Below, piece by piece: positions 28,690 through 37,921 of a stretch of DNA of 52,671 nucleotides (position 1 is the stretch's first letter; each line of letters starts with the position of its first letter). The DNA comes from Candidatus Pacebacteria bacterium CG10_big_fil_rev_8_21_14_0_10_56_10. GTDB lineage: Bacteria; Patescibacteriota; Microgenomatia; UBA1400; PJMF01. The position numbers and the translations under genes are program-made. Under the pieces are notes generated by a model. The model saw only the letters and a program-made list of their open reading frames with translations. It was not told the DNA's origin and made no database searches. The DNA lies in the NCBI GenBank assembly GCA_002772645.1, contig PFDK01000009.1, positions 1 through 52,671 on the forward strand, written 5' to 3'.

Positions 28690-29688
28690 CTAAATCGCCA
28701 CCGGCACGCCTTTGATGCCGGGATGTGGATCGTAACCAACCAGCTCAAAGTCACTGTAGCGGTAGGCAAAAAAGTCATCGCGCCGTTTCATCTTGATTTG
28801 GGGCAGCGGCCGCAGTTGACGCTCCAGCATGGTCTCGACAGCCGGCAGCTGGTCAACGTAGATATGGGCGTCGGAGATAGTGTGGACGTACTCAACAGCC
28901 TTGGTACCGGTTGCCGCGGCGATCATCAGGGCCAAAGCCGCGTACTGGACCATGTTGGCCGGCACGCCGATCGGGGCGTCACCGGAGCGCTGGAACATGT
29001 GCAGCGTCAACTTACCATCGATCACTCGCAAGTGGACCCAGCCATGACAGGGACAGACCACTACTTTTTGGGTTTTGCCCCGGCCGCGGACGATGTACTG
29101 AGGGATCCAAGGCGTGATGAAGTGAGTTCTTAAGTGAGGCAGTTCGCGGATTTGTTCTATGATTTGCTGGAACTGGTTGTAGGTAGGTCCCTCGCTGGTG
29201 GGGAAGTCGTGAAAAGCTGCGCCGTACGAGCCGGGGCCGAGGTCACCGGTCTCCAGGCCGCGCTTGCTGCACTTGCGCTCGATTACCCACGGCGCCCACC
29301 AGCTGCAGCCAAACTCCTCGAGCTCCCGCTGAGTGCGGGCGCCGTTAACGAAGGCGGTCATCTCGGCAATGGCCTGCTGCCAGATAGTTACCGGCAAGCG
29401 CTGAGACACTTTGGGCGCCATATTGCGCTCGGTGATGACTGGAAACTCTTTGGTGAGATCGAAGCGCATCGGGCAGGTGCCGATCACGGTCAGGGCGTCG
29501 GTGCCCGACTGGCTCTTGGCGCGCACCCCGTTGTCGAGGATGTGCTGGAGAAGTTGCTGGTACTGGCTGCGAGCAGAACCACTCTGAACAGCACCACTTT
29601 GAGAGGGGTCACCCTGAGAGGTACCACTTTGAGAGGAGACGCGACCAGAGTTGGTCTCACTCTGAGATGAAGCGCGCCTCACAGCCAT
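28690..29688 (-). CDS. thyA: Thymidylate synthase with low-complexity N-terminal extension
   Basis: CPCH, FQRSGD, PAN (dUMP-specifying Asn), DAHIY, YDPHP. Confidence 0.92.
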   Translation of the reverse strand: MAVRRASSQSETNSGRVSSQSGTSQGDPSQSGAVQSGSARSQYQQLLQHILDNGVRAKSQSGTDALTVIGTCPMRFDLTKEFPVITERNMAPKVSQRLPVTIWQQAIAEMTAFVNGARTQRELEEFGCSWWAPWVIERKCSKRGLETGDLGPGSYGAAFHDFPTSEGPTYNQFQQIIEQIRELPHLRTHFITPWIPQYIVRGRGKTQKVVVCPCHGWVHLRVIDGKLTLHMFQRSGDAPIGVPANMVQYAALALMIAAATGTKAVEYVHTISDAHIYVDQLPAVETMLERQLRPLPQIKMKRRDDFFAYRYSDFELVGYDPHPGIKGVPVAI

Positions 29689-29711
29689 ACAGCTTCTTGT
29701 ACAATGTAGCC
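29689..29711. promoter_or_regulatory. 23-bp bidirectional promoter region between thyA and dut
   Basis: Plus strand TACAAT 6 nt before dut ATG; minus strand TACATT/TACAAG before thyA ATG; central palindrome TTGTACAA. Confidence 0.6.
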
Positions 29712-30152
29712 ATGGCACTGTCAATTCGAATTAAACTATTCGATGTTGATCTGCCCCTGCCCGCCTATCAGACTGCCGGCGCCGCCGGCTTTGATCTGTA
29801 CGCTCGCCGGCGGGTAACGATCGGACCGGGCCGGACCGCCAAAGTGCCGCTCAACGTAGCGCTAGAACTGCCACCTGGGTACTGGCTGCTGCTGGCGGCC
29901 CGCAGCTCGCTCCATACTAAGGGCCTGATGTTGGCCAACGGGGTAGGCGTGGGTGACGAGGACTTTCGCGGCGACAACGACGAGTACTTGGCAGTGCTGA
30001 CCAATCTGTTCGACCGGCCGGCCACTGTTGGGCGAGGCGAGCGGATCGTCCAGGGAATTATCCTGCCGCGCCAGCGTGCTAAACTGGAGCGCGTTGAGCA
30101 GTTAGGCTTGACCGACCGCGGCGGGCTAGGCAGTACTGGCCGACGGGCCTAG
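29712..30152 (+). CDS. dut: dUTP diphosphatase (trimeric)
   Basis: AAGFDL, ARSS, GVGDEDFRG, RIVQ, RGGLGSTG. Confidence 0.95.
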   Translation: MALSIRIKLFDVDLPLPAYQTAGAAGFDLYARRRVTIGPGRTAKVPLNVALELPPGYWLLLAARSSLHTKGLMLANGVGVGDEDFRGDNDEYLAVLTNLFDRPATVGRGERIVQGIILPRQRAKLERVEQLGLTDRGGLGSTGRRA

Positions 30153-30174
30153 TACCCCCAAAAAAACCGACACC

Positions 30175-30732
30175 ATGACCACTTTTATCATCGCCGCCCT
30201 GACTGCCGACGGCTCCATTGCTAAAGACAGTCACCAGCCGTCCACCCGCTGGACCAGCGCCGAGGATGGTCAGTTCTTCGCCCGCCAGACAAAACAGAGC
30301 GGGGTGATGGTGATGGGCCGGACCACTTTTACCACTATCGGCCGGACCTTGCCTGGCCGGACAACTATTGTTTACACTTCGCGGCCTGCGCAGTTCAGCC
30401 ACCGGTTCAGCCAAGCCCAAGCATTTGGACCGGCCCAGCCAAACTTGGTGCCGGGCGGACTGCTGACCACCAAGCTGGGGCCGCGGCGACTGATCACGGC
30501 GCTGGCGGCCAAGGGCCTAGACAGCCTGGCGATCTGCGGCGGCACCAGTATCTACACTCAGTTTCTAGAGGCGGGGGTGGTTGACAAACTGTACCTGACC
30601 ATCGAGCCGGTAGTGTTTGGCGATGGCTTGCGTTTGTTTGGCCAGTTGGGCCGTCAGTACAGCTTGCGCCTCGACGAACTGCGCCGCTTGTCAGCCCAGA
30701 CGGTAGTGCTGGAGTACTCGGTGGAGAAGTGA
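30175..30732 (+). CDS. folA: Dihydrofolate reductase
   Basis: MGRTTF, LPGR, ICGGTSIY, KLYLTIEP. Confidence 0.85.
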   Translation: MTTFIIAALTADGSIAKDSHQPSTRWTSAEDGQFFARQTKQSGVMVMGRTTFTTIGRTLPGRTTIVYTSRPAQFSHRFSQAQAFGPAQPNLVPGGLLTTKLGPRRLITALAAKGLDSLAICGGTSIYTQFLEAGVVDKLYLTIEPVVFGDGLRLFGQLGRQYSLRLDELRRLSAQTVVLEYSVEK

Positions 30733-30756
30733 CTGCTCTACCCACCAGCCGTTGTT

Positions 30757-30880
30757 TTAGTAACCACTTAGTTTGCTGACTAGCCCCAGCGAATAATTTC
30801 TTTAAGTGAGTTTTTTTAATATGCCAAGAAAATATTGCCAATGCCCCAATGCCAACTGAAAAAAACATCTTTAGTGACCA
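30757..30880 (-). mobile_element. Dispersed element copy E4 with the hairpin/iteron core deleted
   Basis: Matches copy E6 on both sides of a deletion joined at TTTCTTT/AAGTGAG. Confidence 0.85.
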
Positions 30881-30898
30881 CACTAAGTTATTTATATT

Positions 30899-30927
30899 TT
30901 GACTTGTAGTATGTTGTGTATTAATAT
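30899..30927 (+). promoter_or_regulatory. Sigma70 promoter, leaderless
   Basis: TTGACT-17 nt-TAATAT-8 nt-ATG. Confidence 0.7.
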
Positions 30928-30935
30928 TAAAGCAT

Positions 30936-31223
30936 ATGATTAGAACGTCTCTGTTTCTACCAGAGACTCTACACCAGCGGCTTATTTTACTAGCAAGGCG
31001 AGAAGGTATGAACGTCTCTGAGCTTGCCCGCGATCTTCTAGATCGGGCTTTAGCCAAGCGGGAAAGGGCCAAAATCAAACACACTTATCAGGTTCTCAAA
31101 GAGCTTGATGGTATCGGCGGTGAGGATGTGACTGACGCTTCCACCACCATTGACGAGGTACTCTACGGCGAAGAAGGAGAGTGGAAAGTGAGCAATGCAG
31201 ACGATACAGGTGCTAATCGATAG
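30936..31223 (+). CDS. RHH/CopG-family antitoxin
   Basis: MIRTSLFLPETLHQRL...SELARDLLD; DASTTIDEVLYG tail; overlaps PIN gene. Confidence 0.85.
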   Translation: MIRTSLFLPETLHQRLILLARREGMNVSELARDLLDRALAKRERAKIKHTYQVLKELDGIGGEDVTDASTTIDEVLYGEEGEWKVSNADDTGANR

Positions 31224-31608
31224 TGACGCCCTGGTGGCTCGCTTCTACCCCAAAGACCCGCACCACCAGCGGGTGCTGGAGTTATTCTCTCAACTGGAAG
31301 AAGAGGAGCAAACCCTAGTCACCACCAGCCTAGTGGTGGTTGAGGTCGCCACTGTGTTGAGCCACCGCAGTGGCCAAGATATAGTGCGAGCCTTTCTTGA
31401 CAGAATCGACGAAGCTGAACTGTCCATTATTCACATCGATGTGGCTTTCCAGCAGCAAGCGCTTCAGATATTCCGCGAGCAAGCCGCCCGAGGCACCAGT
31501 GTCACCGACTGCGCCAATGTGGCGATGATGCGCCGCTTTGCTATCCCTCAAATCTTCAGCTTTGACAAGGTCTATCCAAAGCACTTTGAGTTACAGGCGA
31601 TCACCTAG
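31195..31608 (+). CDS. vapC: PIN-domain VapC toxin
   Basis: LIDSDALVA, VVVEVAT, SVTDCAN, IFSFD. Confidence 0.9.
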   Translation: MQTIQVLIDSDALVARFYPKDPHHQRVLELFSQLEEEEQTLVTTSLVVVEVATVLSHRSGQDIVRAFLDRIDEAELSIIHIDVAFQQQALQIFREQAARGTSVTDCANVAMMRRFAIPQIFSFDKVYPKHFELQAIT

Positions 31609-31687
31609 AACCCTTGGCGGTTGACGTTGGCATAATCAATATAAACTTTTGTTTACCCTGAAAGAAAGTTTCTAATTCTTGTGACCG

Positions 31688-32227
31688 ATGCCACTAATAG
31701 CACAGCTTTTCTATCTTTTTCTGCCCGCTTACGCCGCCAACAGCGCGCCGGTGATCGGCAAGTGCTTAGGGTGGCTGACCGGCTTGAACGCGCCGCTCGA
31801 TCAGGGTAAAACTTGGCATGGCCGAGAAGTGCTGGGGAAACACAAAACTGTCCGCGGGCTGGTGCTGGCCATCGCGGCGGCCAGTATTGTGGCTTGCGCC
31901 CAAGTCGTGCTGTCCTCCAGCATTCCCCAGTGGCTGCCGTTGGTCCGCTACGACGTCTTTTTTTGGCCGACGGGCGTGCTGATGGGATTGGGAGCAATAC
32001 TAGGCGACGCGGCCGAGAGCGGCATCAAGCGATTACTGGGCATTCCGGCTGGTCAGCTATGGTGGCCGTTTGATTACTTTGACTACACCTTGGGGGCTTT
32101 ACTATTGTCGGGACTGGCCTGGCGACTGCCAGTCACCTTGATGGCGATGGCAATCGTCCTGAACGTTGTCTTGACTACTGCCACCAACGCGGCCGCCAAA
32201 CGGCTCGATCTCAAAGACCAGCTGTAG
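31688..32227 (+). CDS. CDP-archaeol synthase (CarS)-like CTP transferase
   Basis: PAYAANSAP, PLDQG, LGKHKTVRG, GDAAESGIKRLLG, FDYFD. Confidence 0.82.
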   Translation: MPLIAQLFYLFLPAYAANSAPVIGKCLGWLTGLNAPLDQGKTWHGREVLGKHKTVRGLVLAIAAASIVACAQVVLSSSIPQWLPLVRYDVFFWPTGVLMGLGAILGDAAESGIKRLLGIPAGQLWWPFDYFDYTLGALLLSGLAWRLPVTLMAMAIVLNVVLTTATNAAAKRLDLKDQL

Positions 32228-32289
32228 TGGGGCTGTAGTCAGGTTGCGACCATCATGGCGGACACCGTGGTGGTCAGGAGCGCTATCAG

Positions 32290-32994
32290 TTAGTCGCCGA
32301 GCTTGGCGTCTGGAAACCGGTCCACAAAAATCTGCCACACCTGTTTTTCTACCACCTCGATCGGTTGGGTGCCGTCAATGAGGTGCCAGCGACCAGTGCT
32401 GTCTCGGTCGGCCATCTCCAAGTAACCCTGGCGCACCTGGCGCTGAACCCCGATACCTTCCTGCTCAATACGGTCCAGATCACCCTGCCGTTGTAGTCGC
32501 TCCGCGCCCACCTCGGCCGGAACATCAAGCAGGAGCGTCAAGCTGGGCAAAGTCTGCCGAGTAGAAAAATCGTTGAGCTGTTCAATCCGATCCACCCCTA
32601 CTTGCCGCATCACGCCTTGATAAACGGTGCTGCTGTCGCGGGTTCGGTCCATGATCACCCAGTGGCCACCTTCCAGGCTGGGTAGTACCAGTTCGGCGTA
32701 CAGCTGAGCCCGGGCCGCCTGGAATAACAGCACTTCGGTCCGAATGTCCATGCGCGCGTTGTCAGGTGTCAGCACTACTTGGCGAACCTGCTCGGAGATG
32801 GGCACGCCGCCCGGCTCGCGAACGTAAGTGACTTGGTGGCCCTGGTCGCGAAGTTTATCGGTCAAGAGCTGGCACTGGGTAGTTTTGCCCACCCCTTCCA
32901 TCCCCTCGAAGCTGATCAGCCGAGGGTGGATGGTGGCGGCAGAGGTAAATGTTGAAGTTGGGGTGGTGAAAGCGGTGGGGGCAGTTACAGTCAC
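32290..32994 (-). CDS. tmk: Thymidylate kinase
   Basis: FEGMEGVGKTTQ, REPGG, MDR, YQG. Confidence 0.95.
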   Translation of the reverse strand: MTVTAPTAFTTPTSTFTSAATIHPRLISFEGMEGVGKTTQCQLLTDKLRDQGHQVTYVREPGGVPISEQVRQVVLTPDNARMDIRTEVLLFQAARAQLYAELVLPSLEGGHWVIMDRTRDSSTVYQGVMRQVGVDRIEQLNDFSTRQTLPSLTLLLDVPAEVGAERLQRQGDLDRIEQEGIGVQRQVRQGYLEMADRDSTGRWHLIDGTQPIEVVEKQVWQIFVDRFPDAKLGD

Positions 32995-33048
32995 AACGGT
33001 TATAGTAGCACGATCCCGAACCGACAGACGACGTTAATTAGCTGTCGA

Positions 33049-33290
33049 TCCCGACTTTCGCGCTTTTTGATTTTTTACGTTTCTTTCCAGTTGGCAATAT
33101 TTTCTTGGCATATCTAAAAAACTCACTTTAAGCGAGTGGGCCAAAACGGCCCACTAATGGCCCACTAAAGGCACACTAATGGCCCACTAATGACACACTG
33201 AAAATGCGCGCCAAAAAAACACCCCCAAAGAAATTATTCCCTAGGGGACAGTCGGCAAATTAAGTGTTTACTAATTGGCGAAAGTCGGGA
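33049..33290 (+). mobile_element. Dispersed element copy E5, full length (242 bp) with perfect 13-bp TIRs
   Basis: TCCCGACTTTCGC ... GCGAAAGTCGGGA; hairpin plus 4 extra 11-bp units. Confidence 0.92.
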
Positions 33291-33413
33291 GGCGAGCTGA
33301 GATGGTCGGCCCGCTGCCGCTAGCTGGCTGACACCTCTGGACGCCAAACTTGTTACAATGGAGCTCTGGCGCTTTCCCTAACTAACCCTAACTAAGTCGC
33401 CGAGAAACTTCCC

Positions 33414-34127
33414 ATGTTGGACACCTCACTGCGCTCCGCCAAAGACTCCGCTTTACAGTCGGTGGCGGCCCGAATGGAGAGCGTGTCGCCTGGCGCGGTC
33501 AGCTGGGCCGGGTTGACGGCCGGGCTGGCGACGGCCGGTTTGGTAGTGGCGCAGCTGTATTGGTGGGGCTTGTTGGCTTGGTGGCTTAATCGCGTACTGG
33601 ACGGCCTGGACGGCACACTGGCCCGGGTCCATGGCCGCCAGTCGGACTGGGGTGGCTACCTGGACATGGTGCTGGACCTGTCCGTTTACGCGGTAGTGTT
33701 GGTCAGCTTCTTGTGGGGAGGGTCAAAGCTGGTGTTGGGTTTGGGCGCGATAGTGCTAGCCTTGTTCTACGTCAACATTGGCCAGCTGTTTTTGAGCAGT
33801 GCCATCTTGGAAAAAATAAAGCACCAGCCAGGCGCCGCAGCGCGCCGCCGCCAAGTCGGTACCAACGGCCGTTTGACCACTCTGGAACTGCCCACCACCC
33901 TAGTTGAAGGAGCAGAGACAGTGGTGCTGTACAGCTTGCTGTTTGTGTTTGTGGGACAACTGCCGGTGGTGCTGGGCTTGATGATACTGGCGATGGCTAT
34001 CACCATCGGCCAGCGGTTTAGCTGGGCCTGGCGGACGTTGGCGGGCGGCACTGATCGAACAGGCACCGATGTCAGTGGTTCTGCCAGCACCGCTACTGGA
34101 AAGACTGGCCCCACCAGGACACTTTAA
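33414..34127 (+). CDS. CDP-alcohol phosphatidyltransferase family protein
   Basis: DGLDGTLAR...GGYLDMVLD signature. Confidence 0.9.
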   Translation: MLDTSLRSAKDSALQSVAARMESVSPGAVSWAGLTAGLATAGLVVAQLYWWGLLAWWLNRVLDGLDGTLARVHGRQSDWGGYLDMVLDLSVYAVVLVSFLWGGSKLVLGLGAIVLALFYVNIGQLFLSSAILEKIKHQPGAAARRRQVGTNGRLTTLELPTTLVEGAETVVLYSLLFVFVGQLPVVLGLMILAMAITIGQRFSWAWRTLAGGTDRTGTDVSGSASTATGKTGPTRTL

Positions 34128-36262
34128 TGAAAAAACCACAGTACCACACCGCGATCATTGGCGGCGGCGCGGCCGGCCTGACGGTGGCGGTCGGGCTGGC
34201 CCGGCTGGGCAAAAAGGTGGCGCTGATCGAGCAAGACAAGCTAGGCGGGGAGTGCACTCACTCCGGTTGTGTGCCTAGCAAGGCGCTGCTCCACGCGGTC
34301 AGGACACTGCCCGACAAGCATGTTTGGCCTCACGTTCGCCGAGTAGTCGCCGAAATCTGGCACGAAGAACAGGAAATGATCGCTGGGCTGGAGACAGTTG
34401 ATGTCATCAAGGCCCGGGCCAGCTTCGTCGACGAGTACACCCTGAAACTTGAGCGAGGCACCGGTCGAACCAGCCGCACCGGTCGGGACGGCCGGACTGC
34501 TGACAAGATCACCGCTGACAACATCACTGCTGGCCGGATCGTCATCGCCGCCGGATCGTCGCCGCGAACCATCGGCATCCCCGGCTTGCCGCCGGCCAAG
34601 GACTTCACCAACCAGAACATTTTCTCGCTGCGCAAACATCCCCGGCGTTTGGCCATACTAGGGGTAGGACCGATCTCCATCGAGTTAGCCATGGCGTTCG
34701 CGGCCATGGGCACCCGGGTGGAAGTGCTGTATCGCGGCGAGGGTATTCTAAGCAAAGAGGACCCCGAAATATCGCAAGCACTGCAGCGGCGGCTGGAACA
34801 GCTGGGCGTTGTTTTTCACTGGCACACTGCTGACCTGCGCTACAGTCGCGGCCAGCTCCAGTTTACCGCCGACGGCCAACAGCGGCAGCTGACTGGGCTA
34901 ACGGGAGTGCTGCAAGCCATCGGCCGCCAACCTAACGTAACCGGCTTGGGCCTCGATGAGGCGTGCGTGGAGTACTCTGGGCGCGGCTTGGTGGTCAACA
35001 GCGCTTTTCGGACTAACGTTGGCCACATCTTCGCCATTGGCGACATCCTCGACGATGATAAGTTTACCCACCTGGCCAATGCCCAGGGCCGAGTGGTGGT
35101 CAAGTCGATCGCTTTTCCCTGGCTGCCGGCCGGACGCCTGCCGCAGGTGCCGCGGGTAACTTACACCTCTCCTGAGGTAGCCGGCATTGGCCTGACCATG
35201 GACGAGCTGGACAAGCTTGGTCCCAATGTGGTTATAAAGCTGACGGTGCCGTTTGCCGGACTGGACCGCGGCAAGACCGACCAGACGCCGGCCGATCAGC
35301 GCGTCACTGTCTACGCCCAGCGCCTGACGGGCCGGATCCTACGGGCCAGTGTTTACGCCGACCACGCCGGCGAGATGCTGCCCTACTTTATCGTGGCTGT
35401 TAACCGCCGGTTGTCGCTGTGGAAGCTCTACCCGCTGATCTTTCCGTACCCCACGCTGGCCCAGGCTTTTGCCAAGATCGCCGACCAGTTTGTTGTCGAG
35501 ACGCTAACTAATCTCCGAGCCGAGGTGGCGGCGTTTTTCGGTCACACGGCCGGCCGGCTGTGGCGCCGCTTCGGTTTCAGGTTGCTGGGGGTGGCGCTGT
35601 GGCTGGTAACGGTCTGGGCGGTCCGCCGCTGGGCGTACGCTCAAGGCTACACCTTCCAGCAGCTGCTGGCCGAGGCGGCCGAGCTGATGACCGCTACCAG
35701 CTTGGGACCGCTGGTCTATCTGGGCGCCTACTTCCTGCGGCCGGTGTTCCTGCTGCCGGCTACCTTGCTGACCGTCTTGGCTGGCTTGACGTACGGTTTA
35801 GGCTGGGGCTTCGTACTGGCGTTGATCGGCAGTACCTTATCGACTATTTTTCCCTATGCTTTGGGCCGTTGGTTTGCTCAGGCCACCGACCAGGACGAGC
35901 GGGCCCGGTCCCGGCTCAAAGCCTACACTGATCGATTAAAAAGAGAGCCCTTTACCGGCGTTTTGCTGCTGCGGCTGCTGTTCATGCCCTACGACTTGGT
36001 CAGTGTTCTGGCCGGCAATGTTCGGGTTAATTTTTGGGCTTTCTTCGGAGCAACCGCTCTGGGCAGTTCGATCGGCACCCTGACACTGGTCAGCTTTGGC
36101 ACCTCGGTGGAGGGGGGCTTGAGCAGTTTGGTTCGGGGGGAGAGCAGTCTTAGTCCGGTTGGAGTGGCCGCATCACTCGGTTTGGCGATGTTGAGCTTGA
36201 TAATCTCCCGCTACGCTCCCAAGTTGAGGCTGTTTAAGCGTCGGACCTCGCCGGCAGCCTGA
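34127..36262 (+). CDS. Pyridine nucleotide-disulfide oxidoreductase (MerA/DLD-like) fused to C-terminal DedA/TVP38 domain
   Basis: GGGAAG, GGECTHSGCVPSK, FAIGD, FPYPT; C-terminal TM domain with LRLLFMPYDLVS. Confidence 0.85.
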   Translation: MKKPQYHTAIIGGGAAGLTVAVGLARLGKKVALIEQDKLGGECTHSGCVPSKALLHAVRTLPDKHVWPHVRRVVAEIWHEEQEMIAGLETVDVIKARASFVDEYTLKLERGTGRTSRTGRDGRTADKITADNITAGRIVIAAGSSPRTIGIPGLPPAKDFTNQNIFSLRKHPRRLAILGVGPISIELAMAFAAMGTRVEVLYRGEGILSKEDPEISQALQRRLEQLGVVFHWHTADLRYSRGQLQFTADGQQRQLTGLTGVLQAIGRQPNVTGLGLDEACVEYSGRGLVVNSAFRTNVGHIFAIGDILDDDKFTHLANAQGRVVVKSIAFPWLPAGRLPQVPRVTYTSPEVAGIGLTMDELDKLGPNVVIKLTVPFAGLDRGKTDQTPADQRVTVYAQRLTGRILRASVYADHAGEMLPYFIVAVNRRLSLWKLYPLIFPYPTLAQAFAKIADQFVVETLTNLRAEVAAFFGHTAGRLWRRFGFRLLGVALWLVTVWAVRRWAYAQGYTFQQLLAEAAELMTATSLGPLVYLGAYFLRPVFLLPATLLTVLAGLTYGLGWGFVLALIGSTLSTIFPYALGRWFAQATDQDERARSRLKAYTDRLKREPFTGVLLLRLLFMPYDLVSVLAGNVRVNFWAFFGATALGSSIGTLTLVSFGTSVEGGLSSLVRGESSLSPVGVAASLGLAMLSLIISRYAPKLRLFKRRTSPAA

Positions 36263-36297
36263 CCGGCAGCCAGCCTGGCTTGGGGCTGGACTTTGAA

Positions 36298-36582
36298 CCC
36301 GACTTTCGCGAATTAGTAACCACTTAATTTGCTGACTAGCCCCTAGGGAGTAATTTCTTTTGGGGGTGTTTTTTTGGCGCGCATTTTCAGTGTGTCATTA
36401 GTGGGCCATTAGTGGGCCAAAAGTGGGCCGTTTTGGCCCACTCGCTAAAGTGAGTTTTTTAGATATGCTAAGAAAATATCGCCAATGCCCCAATGCCAAC
36501 TAAAAAAACATCTTTAGTGACCATACTTGGTTTGCCCTTAGCCTGGAAAGAAACACAAAAATCAAAAAGCGCGAAAGTCAGG
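36298..36582 (-). mobile_element. Dispersed element copy E6, full length with extra internal segment
   Basis: CCCGACTTTCGCG ... CGCGAAAGTCAGG; 3 extra iterons; extra GCCAATGCCCCAATGCCAAC...TTTAGTGACCA segment shared with E4. Confidence 0.92.
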
Positions 36583-37192
36583 TGCCCGGCAGCCAGCCCG
36601 GCTTGGCCCTCAGCTTAGCCGCCCACTTGACCAGTCGGGTCGTCAGCCTGGTTTGGAGCTGGACTTTAAACAGCGAAGTTATCAGCAGCGCGTCCAGGCC
36701 GTGCTCGAACACGGTGAACTGGCGGCCAAAGTGGTTCGGGTCCCAGTAGCTGACCGGACTGGCGAACCTCCAGCTCCAGTTGAGCGGCCACAGCAGCAAC
36801 GGCCCGTCGTTGTGGTGGGTAACGATGTCAACGCCAGTGTGGACCAGCGAGCCGATCACTACCCACTTGAGAAGCCGGCGCGCTTTAGCGGGCAGAGGCA
36901 GCAGGTAAACGGCCGTCAGCTGCAGAGCCAAACTGAGCGGCGAGTGGAACAGGTTGTGACCGGTAATGAACAGCGGGTTGGTAAAAAAGGCATCGAAAAA
37001 CAAATACTGGAACGTGTCCGCTAGACTGCCCTGACCGGTTAGCCAAAACCAGCCAAAGGTGGCGCCGCTCAAGACCACCAGGGGAATGTCAGGCAGTACC
37101 GCCCCGATCAGGAAGCCGCGGCCGGCCAACCCGGCCAGGCCCCAGTCCCGGGCCAGCTTGGTTTGGATCAAGGCGTGGGAGTAAGTAATCAC
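36578..37192 (-). CDS. Membrane-bound metal-dependent hydrolase (YdjM-like)
   Basis: SHAL, GAVLPD, HNLFHS, HTGVDIVTH, WPL; the stop codon lies inside the E6 TIR. Confidence 0.75.
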   Translation of the reverse strand: MITYSHALIQTKLARDWGLAGLAGRGFLIGAVLPDIPLVVLSGATFGWFWLTGQGSLADTFQYLFFDAFFTNPLFITGHNLFHSPLSLALQLTAVYLLPLPAKARRLLKWVVIGSLVHTGVDIVTHHNDGPLLLWPLNWSWRFASPVSYWDPNHFGRQFTVFEHGLDALLITSLFKVQLQTRLTTRLVKWAAKLRAKPGWLPGT

Positions 37193-37297
37193 CAGACTAC
37201 ACTATAACATTCTGGCGACGCTGCTACCGTCGGCTAGCCACCGTAGGTTTGTTTTGATACTATCAACTCTTACCAGTCTGACAACTCTCTCCAGCGT

Positions 37298-37921
37298 ATG
37301 GCAAAACTACCCAGAGCAGTTCGGCAATTGACCGAAAAATTTGAGCGCTTGCCCGGCATCGGGCCCAAGTCAGCCCAGCGGCTGGTGTTCTACTTGCTGC
37401 ACAATCCCGAGGCCGAGCTGGACGACTTCGCCCGCAAGCTCCGGGCCCTCAAGAGGGAAACGGTGTTGTGCAGCGTCACTCACAACATCAGCGAGCAGGA
37501 CCCCGACCCGCTGTACGCTGATCCTAACCGTGACCGCCGGCTGCTGTGCGTAGTCGAGACGCCGCTCGATCTGGTGGCGATCGAGGGTTCGGGCAAGTAC
37601 CCCGGTCTGTACCACGTCCTTCACGGCGCCATCTCGCCGCTGAACAACATTGGGCCCGACCAGCTGTACTTGTATGACTTGCTCGACCGGCTGGAGGGAG
37701 TGGAGGAGCTGATCCTGGCTACTAACCCCACTATGGAAGGGGAGGCGACGGCACTGTTCATCAAAGAACTGATAGATACCAAACGCCAAAATGGTCAAGC
37801 CGGCATCGCCGATGACTTAAAAATGACTCGGATTGGTCACGGACTGCCGATCGGCGCCGACATCGAGTACGCTGACGGGGTGACGCTAGCCCGGGCGCTG
37901 GAGGGACGGACGAGCTTGTAG
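37298..37921 (+). CDS. recR: Recombination protein RecR
   Basis: LPGIGPKSAQR, CVVE, YHVLHG, ATNPTMEGEAT. Confidence 0.96.
   Translation: MAKLPRAVRQLTEKFERLPGIGPKSAQRLVFYLLHNPEAELDDFARKLRALKRETVLCSVTHNISEQDPDPLYADPNRDRRLLCVVETPLDLVAIEGSGKYPGLYHVLHGAISPLNNIGPDQLYLYDLLDRLEGVEELILATNPTMEGEATALFIKELIDTKRQNGQAGIADDLKMTRIGHGLPIGADIEYADGVTLARALEGRTSL

Noticed and set aside
28690..29688. ThyA as a phage-type dCMP hydroxymethylase (base-modification system)
   Set aside because: It keeps the dUMP-specifying Asn and sits with dut, folA and tmk.
33049..33290. Elements as integron attC sites
   Set aside because: No RYYYAAC/GTTRRRY ends, mixed orientation, placed among housekeeping genes, and no integrase in the window.
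34127..36262. True mercuric reductase merA
   Set aside because: No C-terminal Cys-Cys pair, no NmerA domain and no mer operon.
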